DNA of 63,581 nucleotides, the filler included. It is 9 parts of 9 records of this genome, joined end to end, with 100 filler letters (N's around TTAATTAATTAA, not from the genome) between each part and the next. Parts side by side here need not be neighbours in the genome. Positions count along the whole stretch, not along the records: positions 31,824 to 43,461 come from SRR20825010_6152; 8 more parts are not named here. One strand, 5' to 3'. The notes under the pieces are model-generated. The model worked only from the letters and a program-made list of their open reading frames with translations. It was not told the origin of the DNA and searched no databases. Each line of letters begins with the position of its first letter. Within the stretch, counting starts at the first letter, position 1. This document shows positions 32,511-41,792 of this stretch, piece after piece. The position numbers and the translations under genes are program-made.

Positions 32511-33689
32511 ATGAAAAAATACACAATTCTATTAATAGGCCTTTTTGGCAGTTTCTATATGACTGCTCAGCAATATGATGATTCCAAAGTGCCAGGAGCA
32601 ATAGTGGCCTATAGCCCAGCATCTTCAGGAAAATATATAGGTTCACCTAGTTTGGCGATTCTCCCTAATGGTGATTATGTGGCTTCACATGATTTATTTG
32701 GGCCTGAGTCTAATGAGCATGTTAGAGCAGCATCTAAGATTTACACCTCTAAGAATAGAGGAAAATCCTGGGAGCAAATAGCAGAAATTGATGGTGCTTT
32801 TTGGTCTAAATTATTTGTGAGGCAGGGGAAACTTTGGCTTCTAGGTACGGATAGACATCATGGAAATACGCTGGTCAGGCTATCAGAAGATGGCGGAAAA
32901 TCTTGGACGAGTCCTACAGATAGCACTAATGGACTAATCCTAGAAGGCGAGTATCACTGTGCTCCTATGCCAATAATTGAACACAACGGACGAATTTGGA
33001 GAGCTATGGAAAGTGCTATGGGCCCAATAAAAAAATGGGGCAAAAGATATGGTGCATTTATGCTTTCGGCTCCTATAGATGCCAATTTATTGAATGCCTC
33101 GAGTTGGACTACCAGTAACATTCTTTATTACGATTCAACCTATCTTGATGGAAATTTTGGTGGCTGGTTAGAAGGGAATGCTGTGGTGGATAAGGATGGT
33201 CAAATGTGGGATATATTGCGTGTTGATGATCGGTCTACATTAGACGAAAAAGCAGCGAGGGTTAAAATTAGCAGTGATGGCACCTCGGCAACATTTGATC
33301 CTAATTCAGGTTTTATGGCTTTTCCAGGCGGAAGTAAAAAATTCACAATCAGATATGATGAAACAACTAAACTTTACTGGACTATAGCGAATGTTATACC
33401 CGAAGAGATCAAGAGAGATAATAACGTTAAAAACCCTGCCAAAATCAGAAATACACAGGCATTAATTTCTTCTCCAGATCTAGTTAATTGGAACCAAAGG
33501 AAAGTGCTTTTGCAACATCCAGACATAGCCAAACACGGATTTCAGTATGTTGATTGGAACTTTGATGGGAAAGACATCATATTTTTGTCTAGAACGGCCT
33601 ATGATGATGGAGTTGGTGGGGCTAGAAATAATCATGATGCCAATTTTCTAACTTTTCATCGTATTAAAAAGTATGGAAAACTGCTTTGA
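32511..33689 (+). CDS. Secreted BNR/Asp-box beta-propeller (sialidase-like, non-canonical)
   Basis: Signal peptide; Asp boxes SKNRGKSW, SEDGGKSW, SSPDLVNW. Confidence 0.75.
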   Translation: MKKYTILLIGLFGSFYMTAQQYDDSKVPGAIVAYSPASSGKYIGSPSLAILPNGDYVASHDLFGPESNEHVRAASKIYTSKNRGKSWEQIAEIDGAFWSKLFVRQGKLWLLGTDRHHGNTLVRLSEDGGKSWTSPTDSTNGLILEGEYHCAPMPIIEHNGRIWRAMESAMGPIKKWGKRYGAFMLSAPIDANLLNASSWTTSNILYYDSTYLDGNFGGWLEGNAVVDKDGQMWDILRVDDRSTLDEKAARVKISSDGTSATFDPNSGFMAFPGGSKKFTIRYDETTKLYWTIANVIPEEIKRDNNVKNPAKIRNTQALISSPDLVNWNQRKVLLQHPDIAKHGFQYVDWNFDGKDIIFLSRTAYDDGVGGARNNHDANFLTFHRIKKYGKLL

Positions 33690-34031
33690 AACACAAAACA
33701 TTCTTTAAAGGTCTATATCTCCCAAAAAAAAGTTTTTAGACGTAGAAGTATTGTTCCTGGTCTAAAAGACACAAACTTGAAGATAGGGATAATAGCCTTA
33801 ATACAGAATATAGTATGATGAATTATAGTCCAGCATTGATACGTTATACCGTACATGTGAATGAAATTTGGTCAATGACTTGAAGGATCCAGATGAACGT
33901 ATTAATTTAACTAAGCAAATTCGAATTAACCCATTAAAGTTATAATCGCGTTGACTGAAAAAATCTCTAAAAAAATGAATGAGATTGGAGTTCCTTTGTT
34001 GGAATCCATTCAAAACCCTTAACCAAAATAT

Positions 34032-36029
34032 ATGAAAAATCTTATTATTTATAACGCATTTTTTATCTTATTAACTCTATTCTCATGTTCAAATTCTAAA
34101 ACTTCCACATTAGAAAAAAATGCCCAGTCAAAAAACTTTGAAATGGTTAGGTTCAACAACCCTGAACTATCCGCAGACCTAGGTGTAGGATTATGGGCAT
34201 GGCCATTACCCATGGATTACGATGGTGATGGGGACATGGATCTAATTGTTTCCTGTCCAGATACACCATTCAATGGCACCTATTTTTTTGAGAACACCTC
34301 CAATGGGACTAACCAGATGCCAATTTTTGAAGCGCCCAAGAAAATTGGGAAGGGCATGAAAAACCTTCAAATATTTTCGGCCAATGAAAACCCTAAAGTT
34401 TTGGGACGTGGCATTGAATATCTAGATTTCAAAGACAGTGTTTTTTCAAATCCAAAAGAACTATTCCCAAACGATCAATTAGAAAAAGGTCATGAAAAAA
34501 TTAGGTTTAGCCAATGGACCTATGTGGACTATGAAAATGACGGCGACTTGGATTTATTGGTGGGTATTGATGATTGGGGCGACTATGGATGGGACAATGC
34601 ATTTAATAGCTCTGGTAAATGGATCAATGGCCCCCTTCATGGATATGTTTACCTATTGGAAAATATTGATGGAAAATATGTTGAAAGGGGGAAAATTGAA
34701 GCCGATGGCCAACCAATCGACCTCTATGGCGCACCCTCTCCAAATATGTATGATTTTGATGGCGATGGAGATTTGGATCTAATATGTGGTGAGTTTTTGG
34801 ATCGGCTTACTTGGTTTGAAAATACAGGCACAAGGGAAAAGCCCGTTTTTTCCGAAGGTCGGTTTTTAACCAACAAAGAAGGCATAATCAAAATGGACCT
34901 AGAAATGATTATCCCTTCGGCCGTGGATTGGGATAAAGATGGGGACATCGATCTGGTAGTGGGGGATGAAGATGGTAGGGTTGCATTTATTGAAAATACT
35001 GGTACAGTCGAAAATAACATGCCAACATTTGAGTCTCCCAAGTACTTCCGACAAAAGGCCCATCAGGTAAAATTTGGTGCTTTAGCAACTCCATATAGTG
35101 TGGATTGGGACGATGACGGCGACGAAGATCTAATTGTTGGAAACTCGGCAGGTTATATTGGCTTTATTGAAAACCTTGACGGATCAAGCAACCCTAAATG
35201 GGCCGAACCCATAAGATTAAGAAATACCTTAGGCAATGAGATACGCTACTTAGCAGGTGATAGCGGGTCTATCCAAGGTCCGGCGGAAAAAAAGTGGGGT
35301 TATACTACTCTTTCCGTTTCGGATTGGGACGGAGATGGGTTAAAGGATATCATAGTAAACTCCATTTGGGGAAAAATAAAATGGCACAAAAATATTGGTA
35401 AAAAAGGTAAACCGGCGTTACAGCCCTCTCAACCAGTTACCGTTGATTGGCAATCAAATGAGATTCCCAAACCGGAATGGAACTGGTGGAACCCCGGCAG
35501 TACGGAATTATCAACCCAATGGCGCACTACACCTAATACCATTGATTGGAACCATGATGGTTTAATAGACTTGGTCATGTTGGACCATGAAGGATATTTA
35601 ACTTTTTACGAGCGCTATCTGAATCCGGAAAATGGGTTAATGCTTAAAGCAGGGCAACGAATATTTTATGGAGTAAATGGTTCTGAATACGACAATAAGA
35701 ACAATCTTGAAAACACTGTAACCGGTCCCTTAAGGCTGAATACCGGAAAATATGGCAAAAGTGGAAGACGCAAATTAAGTTTTGTGGATTGGGATCAAGA
35801 TGGGGACCTAGATTTAATTGTAAACAGCAAGAATGCCGCATGGTTCGAAAACGTTGGTACTGAGAATGGAAAAGTGTTAATGAAGTTCAAGGGCGACTTA
35901 TCCGAACAAAAACTTGCTGGCCATACTACTTCGCCGACTATAGTTGATTGGGACAAAAATGGGGTTCCAGATTTATTGCTTGGAGCAGAAGACGGATTTT
36001 TCTATCACTTAAAAAACACATCAAAATGA
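34032..36029 (+). CDS. FG-GAP/VCBS-repeat lipoprotein
   Basis: Lipobox LFSC; nine D[YFW]xxxGxxD[LI] repeats. Confidence 0.85.
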   Translation: MKNLIIYNAFFILLTLFSCSNSKTSTLEKNAQSKNFEMVRFNNPELSADLGVGLWAWPLPMDYDGDGDMDLIVSCPDTPFNGTYFFENTSNGTNQMPIFEAPKKIGKGMKNLQIFSANENPKVLGRGIEYLDFKDSVFSNPKELFPNDQLEKGHEKIRFSQWTYVDYENDGDLDLLVGIDDWGDYGWDNAFNSSGKWINGPLHGYVYLLENIDGKYVERGKIEADGQPIDLYGAPSPNMYDFDGDGDLDLICGEFLDRLTWFENTGTREKPVFSEGRFLTNKEGIIKMDLEMIIPSAVDWDKDGDIDLVVGDEDGRVAFIENTGTVENNMPTFESPKYFRQKAHQVKFGALATPYSVDWDDDGDEDLIVGNSAGYIGFIENLDGSSNPKWAEPIRLRNTLGNEIRYLAGDSGSIQGPAEKKWGYTTLSVSDWDGDGLKDIIVNSIWGKIKWHKNIGKKGKPALQPSQPVTVDWQSNEIPKPEWNWWNPGSTELSTQWRTTPNTIDWNHDGLIDLVMLDHEGYLTFYERYLNPENGLMLKAGQRIFYGVNGSEYDNKNNLENTVTGPLRLNTGKYGKSGRRKLSFVDWDQDGDLDLIVNSKNAAWFENVGTENGKVLMKFKGDLSEQKLAGHTTSPTIVDWDKNGVPDLLLGAEDGFFYHLKNTSK

Positions 36030-36988
36030 AAAAACTTCCCAAAGGCTTGTGGCCTGTAATGCTAACACCTTTTAAAAATGACAACTCAATAGACATAGAT
36101 GGGCTAAAAAAATTAACAGAATTCTATATTGCCGCAGGGGCTGATGGGCTTTTTGCAAATTGTTTGTCCAGCGAGATGTTTCAGTTAACGGACGAAGAAC
36201 GATTGCTTGTTACCAAAACAGTTATTGACACTGCCAATTCCAGAATTCCCGTAATAGCTACTGGGTCCTTCTCTTATGAAATTAGTTCCTCTGCTTTATT
36301 TATTAAAAAACTAAATGACTTAGGTGTAGCGGCTACTATAATTAGTACAAGTCAACCTTGTAATGAATTTGAGACCGATGATGTCTTCAGAATCAAAATG
36401 GAGAGTCTGATGAATAAAACTAAAAATATTCCTTTGGGCCTATATGAATGTCCAGTACCTTACAAGCGCCTGATTCCCACAGATACACTAAAATGGCTTG
36501 CCAAATCTGGTCGATTTTATTATCACAAAGACACAAGTTGTAATTTAAAAATTATAAAGGAAAGAATTAAAGCTGTAAAAGGCACCAATCTCGGAATTTA
36601 CAATGCACATGTTCCTACCGGCGTTGAATCATTACGCTACGGTGCAAGGGGTCTCTCTCCTATTGCTGCAAATCTTTACCCTGAATTATTTAACTACTTG
36701 CTTAAGAATATAAATGACCAAAGCAAGCAAGAAAAAATTGAAAATCTGAATAATGTATTGGATATAATGGACACTATTATCCACCACAATTATCCATTTA
36801 CAGCTAAAATATTCCTTCAAAATAGAGGCCTGGATATTAAAGAAAATGGTAGAATCCCAAGATTTACAATGAACATACATGACTACAACAAACTAGATAC
36901 CATTATGAAGGAATTCAAACAGCTTTCCAAAGAATTGGCAATTAACATGATACAGTTTAATCCTAGGGAAACAATGCTCTCAAAATAG
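36026..36988 (+). CDS. DapA/NanA-family (class I aldolase) protein
   Basis: PVMLTPF...ID..GL, LYECP, YHKDTSC (Schiff-base Lys position); ATGA overlap gives start 36026. Confidence 0.85.
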   Translation: MKKLPKGLWPVMLTPFKNDNSIDIDGLKKLTEFYIAAGADGLFANCLSSEMFQLTDEERLLVTKTVIDTANSRIPVIATGSFSYEISSSALFIKKLNDLGVAATIISTSQPCNEFETDDVFRIKMESLMNKTKNIPLGLYECPVPYKRLIPTDTLKWLAKSGRFYYHKDTSCNLKIIKERIKAVKGTNLGIYNAHVPTGVESLRYGARGLSPIAANLYPELFNYLLKNINDQSKQEKIENLNNVLDIMDTIIHHNYPFTAKIFLQNRGLDIKENGRIPRFTMNIHDYNKLDTIMKEFKQLSKELAINMIQFNPRETMLSK

Positions 36989-36993
36989 AACTT

Positions 36994-38475
36994 ATGTCCA
37001 AATCACCAGTATACATGGTATTTCTATTAGGGCTATTCACTTTTTTTTATCCATTAACTGGATACCCCCAAAGTAGCAAACCAAATATAATTTTCATTTA
37101 CAGTGATGACCAGGCATCTTGGGCTTTAGGGATTTCAGGTAACCCCAATGCCCATACTCCTAATTTAGATCGTTTGGCAAAAGAAGGTGCCTTTTTGAAA
37201 AATTCATTTGTTACAACACCTGTATGTAGTCCAGCCAGGGTAAGTTTAATGACCAGTCAGTATGCCAGTGAATATGGCATATTAGATTTTATACCTCAAC
37301 CAGGACATATTTTATATGACCCGAAGAACCCTATTGGTCTTGACCCAGAAAGTGTCACTTTTTCAGAAGTGCTACAAAAATACGGCTATACAACAGCCCT
37401 AATAGGTAAATGGCACTTGGGAGATTGGATGGAAACCGATGATAAAAAATACCATCCTACTAACCATGGCTTCGATTACTTTATGGGACTCACAGGTGGC
37501 GGAACCACTCCAGAAGACCCAGTATTGGAAAAGGATGGGGTTGTAAAGACTTTCCAAGGCTTAACTACGAATATCTTAACGGATAATGCCATGGCATTTA
37601 TTGAGAACAATAAAAACAACCCATTCTTACTTTGCTTGAACTTTAGGGCCCCCCATTCTAAATGGCTACCCGTTGCAGCAGAAGATTGGATACCTTATAG
37701 CTCCATGGACCCCGTAATCCCTAACCCATACTATCCCGATCTGAATACGGAAAAGGTAAAAAAGAAAATGCGTGAATACTTAGCAAGTACCACCGGGGTT
37801 GATCGAAATGTAGGCCGTATACTTAGTCTACTGGAAGATTTAAGTCTGTCCAACAATACCATCGTCATTTTTTCCTCCGACCATGGTTACAATATGGGCC
37901 ACAATGGTATTGAGCACAAAGGGAATGGTGTTTGGATTACGAAAACACTACCAAAAGCTACCAAAAACGTTCCTGCGAAAAGAAGACCAAATCTTTATGA
38001 CAACTCCCTTAAGGTTCCATCTATAGTTAAATGGCCAGGTGTTATTAAATCTGGTACGACAATAGAACAATTGACTACAAACTTGGATTGGTACCCAACT
38101 ATTGTGGAAATGGTTGGTGCCGAATTGCCCAAGAAGAAAATTATAAGAGGGCACAGTCTTGTAAATCTATTAAAAAATGGCAAATCAAATGACTGGCAAG
38201 AGGACTTTTATTCTGAATACAGTATGATCAATTATGCCCAAGCTTATATGAGATGTTATAGAACCAGAAACTGGAAATTGGTTAAGGACTTTCAGAACCC
38301 CGCACGGGACGAGCTTTTTAATATCTCTAAGGACCCAGAGGAGAACATCAACTTGATTCATGATTCCAGATTAGAGATAAAAACTATAATCGAGGATCTT
38401 GAGAATAAAATCACCGAACAAATGACGATTTTAAATGACCCACTTCTAAAAACAATCTCAACTAAAAAAGATTAA
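36994..38475 (+). CDS. Cys-type S1 sulfatase
   Basis: PNIIFIYSDDQ, CSPAR, GKWHLG, SSDHG; signal peptide. Confidence 0.95.
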   Translation: MSKSPVYMVFLLGLFTFFYPLTGYPQSSKPNIIFIYSDDQASWALGISGNPNAHTPNLDRLAKEGAFLKNSFVTTPVCSPARVSLMTSQYASEYGILDFIPQPGHILYDPKNPIGLDPESVTFSEVLQKYGYTTALIGKWHLGDWMETDDKKYHPTNHGFDYFMGLTGGGTTPEDPVLEKDGVVKTFQGLTTNILTDNAMAFIENNKNNPFLLCLNFRAPHSKWLPVAAEDWIPYSSMDPVIPNPYYPDLNTEKVKKKMREYLASTTGVDRNVGRILSLLEDLSLSNNTIVIFSSDHGYNMGHNGIEHKGNGVWITKTLPKATKNVPAKRRPNLYDNSLKVPSIVKWPGVIKSGTTIEQLTTNLDWYPTIVEMVGAELPKKKIIRGHSLVNLLKNGKSNDWQEDFYSEYSMINYAQAYMRCYRTRNWKLVKDFQNPARDELFNISKDPEENINLIHDSRLEIKTIIEDLENKITEQMTILNDPLLKTISTKKD

Positions 38476-38569
38476 AAATGAGTTTGCATAAATAGCTCAA
38501 GCATAAAATTCAGGTTTATTCAGCTTCCTTTTTTAAACAACAAGTAGTGAAAACAAAATTTATGGTATT

Positions 38570-40027
38570 ATGAAAAGATTCTCACTTTATATTGGATTGC
38601 TATTTCTTTTTTCAAGCTCAACATCCTTTGAACTGCCAAATATTGCCGATAAACCAAGAAATGTACTTTTTATTATAGTAGATGATTTATCTACCACACT
38701 ATCATGCTATGGTGAGGAAGGAGTAATTACTCCAAATCTGGATCAATTAGCCAATAGGGGCATGAAATTTGAAAGAGCGTATTGTCAGGCCAGCCTCTGC
38801 AATCCTTCTCGCGCATCAATTATGACTGGAAGGAGACCTGAGAATTTGAGAATTTTAAGCAACGAACCCCATTTTAGAGTAGTGCATCCTAAAATTGTCA
38901 CGCTACCTGAACATTTCAAAGCTAATGGATACCACACTGTAGGTATTGGAAAGATATTTCACAATTGGGGGCAGGCACTTCAAGGAGATCCACAATCATG
39001 GTCCGAGCCTGAAACTAACCATTGGGCAACACATTACTCAGATTGGTACATAAAGGAGAGGCCGTATCAAATTCATTCAGACATCAAAAAGGGACCCGCC
39101 GTACAATATGCAGATGTGCCAGATGAGGCGTATTTGGATGGGAGAATTGCCAATGCTGCTGTTAACAAGCTTCGACAGCTTAAGGAAACTCCTTTTTTTA
39201 TGGCTGTTGGTTTATGGAAACCCCATTTACCATACAATGCACCAAAAAAATACTGGGATCTTTATGACCGAAATAAATTACCTGAATTACGTTATCCCCA
39301 ACCTATTAATGGTGTTCCGGACTTAGCCTATGTGGATTCCAATGAGGCTAGAAGTTACACTGATGTTCCCAAACAAGGAGAATTGTCCCTTGATAAAAAA
39401 CTTGAATTACGTCATGGATACCTCGCGGCAATTAGCTATATGGATGCACAGGTGGGCAAAATTTTGGATGAGTTAGACCGTTTGGACTTGACCAATAAAA
39501 CGACGATCGTATTTCTCTCCGACCATGGTTATCATGCCGGTGAACATGGGCAGTTCGGCAAATGGACCAACTTTGAAGTTGGTACACGAGTTCCCCTCAT
39601 CATTTCCAGCCCGGAAATCAAACATTTGAATAATGCGACCAATTCTATTGTAGAATTAGTTGATCTTTATCCTACACTAATTGATTTGCATAGTTTGCCT
39701 AAACCTAAAGAATATGGGAAATTAGATGGCATTTCCTTAAAACCCATCTTAAAAAATACAAATCACACAGTTAAATCTTATGCAATCTCTCAAATTTCGA
39801 GGCCTCTGGGTTCAGGTGAAAATTTTGATATTTTAGGCTCAACAATTAGGGATAAAGATCATAGATACACTATATGGACAAATCGAACTAGAAATGAAAT
39901 TATAGGAGAAGAATTTTATGACTTGTCCAATGATATCATGAAGGTTGAGAACCAAATTATCAACCCTAAATTTTCGCACAGTAAACAAGAATTAAATCGC
40001 AAATTGGCCGAAATACTCAGGCAATAA
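38570..40027 (+). CDS. Cys-type S1 sulfatase (iduronate-2-sulfatase-like)
   Basis: NVLFIIVDDL, CNPSRASIMTG, GKIFH, KPHLPYNAPKKYWDLY, SDHGYHAGEH. Confidence 0.95.
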   Translation: MKRFSLYIGLLFLFSSSTSFELPNIADKPRNVLFIIVDDLSTTLSCYGEEGVITPNLDQLANRGMKFERAYCQASLCNPSRASIMTGRRPENLRILSNEPHFRVVHPKIVTLPEHFKANGYHTVGIGKIFHNWGQALQGDPQSWSEPETNHWATHYSDWYIKERPYQIHSDIKKGPAVQYADVPDEAYLDGRIANAAVNKLRQLKETPFFMAVGLWKPHLPYNAPKKYWDLYDRNKLPELRYPQPINGVPDLAYVDSNEARSYTDVPKQGELSLDKKLELRHGYLAAISYMDAQVGKILDELDRLDLTNKTTIVFLSDHGYHAGEHGQFGKWTNFEVGTRVPLIISSPEIKHLNNATNSIVELVDLYPTLIDLHSLPKPKEYGKLDGISLKPILKNTNHTVKSYAISQISRPLGSGENFDILGSTIRDKDHRYTIWTNRTRNEIIGEEFYDLSNDIMKVENQIINPKFSHSKQELNRKLAEILRQ

Positions 40028-40154
40028 TATATCCATCATAAATGTCTTTTGAACTTGCCTATTAAAAAAAGTGGTCCAATTATATGGGTTTAATACCTTA
40101 TTTAAATAACGATTGGACAAAGTATTTCGTACAAGCGGTCTAAATAATAGAAAA

Positions 40155-41525
40155 ATGCATAAAAATTTTAATTATACCAAGAGTGTTCTTTTGAGTTTGT
40201 TACTTATTATTTTTTTGATCCATTATTGTACTGGTCAATCCACTTGGAAACAACCAAACGTAATTCTCATCCTCGCAGATGACATGGGTTATGGCGACAT
40301 ATCTGCATTTAATGGGGGACTCAACAGTACTCCAACACTGGACAAATTATCTAAGGAAAGTGTGTATTTCACCCAAGCCTACTCGGGATCTCCAGTATGT
40401 ACGCCCTCAAGGGCAGCACTGCTTACCGGCCGATATCCGCATAGAACTGGGGCCATAACTCTTAACATGGAACTTTTCCCAGAACTAACTAGAATCCATG
40501 AGGACGAAATTACTATTGCCGATGTTTTCCGTAAAAATGGATATGCAACTGGTTTAATTGGCAAATGGCACAGCGGTGACGGGGAAGAATACCACCCTAT
40601 GCGCCGTGGATTTCAGGAATTCGAAGGTTTTAAGGGTTATGATGTTCCTAAGGATTATTTCAATTATAAATTGGATATAAACGGACAATACCAAGATTTT
40701 TCAAATGATTATTTGACTGAAAATTTGACCCAACGAGCTATCAGTTTCGTAAACAGACATAAAAATAAGCCATTCTTTTTGCACTTGGCACATTACGCTC
40801 CGCATCGTCCATTGAGCGCCCCTAAGCCCTTGGTAAAATCTTATATGAAAAAAGGATTTGATGAAAATACGTCTACAGTATATGCAATGATAGAGATTAT
40901 GGATAAAGGTATAGGGGATTTGATATCCGAATTGCATCACCTTAAGATTCGAAATAATACAATAGTAATTTTTGCAAGTGATAATGGACCTGATCCGATA
41001 GTAGGTGCAAGATTTAATCACGGCCTTAAAGGAACGAAATATACTGTCGATGAAGGAGGTATCCATGTGCCCCTTATTTTCAATTGGCCCAATACCCTTA
41101 CCCCAAAATCAATTGATAAAGTAGCCCATTTTACAGATGTTTTGCCAACATTAATAGAGGAATGCAGACTGGAATTTACCGAGAACACAAAATATGACGG
41201 TGGCAGTCTTTCCGGATTGCTTTACGGTGAAAAAAAGGAAAATGATCTTCCCCAATATCGATTTTGGCAATGGAACAGAGGTGTTCCGTACTACACACAC
41301 AATGCAGCTATTCGTGACGGGGATTGGAAATTGGTAAGACCATTTAATACGAGGAACATGGTATTTGGGCAATCGATGGAAAAACCTCAGCTATTTAATA
41401 TTAAGAATGATCCATCGGAAAAAATGGATTTATCAGATATAGAACTTGGCAGATATAATATGATGAGCGTAAAGTTAGAACAGTGGTGCCGGGAAGTAGA
41501 ATGGGAAAGACTTTCGAAACAATGA
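40155..41525 (+). CDS. Cys-type S1 sulfatase (arylsulfatase-like)
   Basis: PNVILILADDMGYGD, CTPSRAALLTGRYP, GKWH, SDNG; start set to ATG 40155. Confidence 0.95.
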   Translation: MHKNFNYTKSVLLSLLLIIFLIHYCTGQSTWKQPNVILILADDMGYGDISAFNGGLNSTPTLDKLSKESVYFTQAYSGSPVCTPSRAALLTGRYPHRTGAITLNMELFPELTRIHEDEITIADVFRKNGYATGLIGKWHSGDGEEYHPMRRGFQEFEGFKGYDVPKDYFNYKLDINGQYQDFSNDYLTENLTQRAISFVNRHKNKPFFLHLAHYAPHRPLSAPKPLVKSYMKKGFDENTSTVYAMIEIMDKGIGDLISELHHLKIRNNTIVIFASDNGPDPIVGARFNHGLKGTKYTVDEGGIHVPLIFNWPNTLTPKSIDKVAHFTDVLPTLIEECRLEFTENTKYDGGSLSGLLYGEKKENDLPQYRFWQWNRGVPYYTHNAAIRDGDWKLVRPFNTRNMVFGQSMEKPQLFNIKNDPSEKMDLSDIELGRYNMMSVKLEQWCREVEWERLSKQ

Positions 41526-41792
41526 AAAATTCACCACGAATAAATTCGTTAAATCACATCCCCCTCCAAAATAAACCCACTTTCTTTTGAAATCACAAAA
41601 TAATTAATTATCATTGCTTAATCGATAAAGCAAAAATTAACAGTCTGAAAATCCATTTTATTTATTACGACTCACTAATCCTCTGTTTTGAACATTATAG
41701 CAAATTGAGGAATTTACAATTAACCAACACTAAAGTAGCGCGAATATCCTACTTTTAAAGCATATGCCAAATAAACTAAATAGCCAATAATA

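Noticed and set aside
33690-34031. Possible sRNA or small ORF in the AT-rich intergenic region
   Set aside because: No convincing stem-loop, repeat or coding pattern that I can support by eye.
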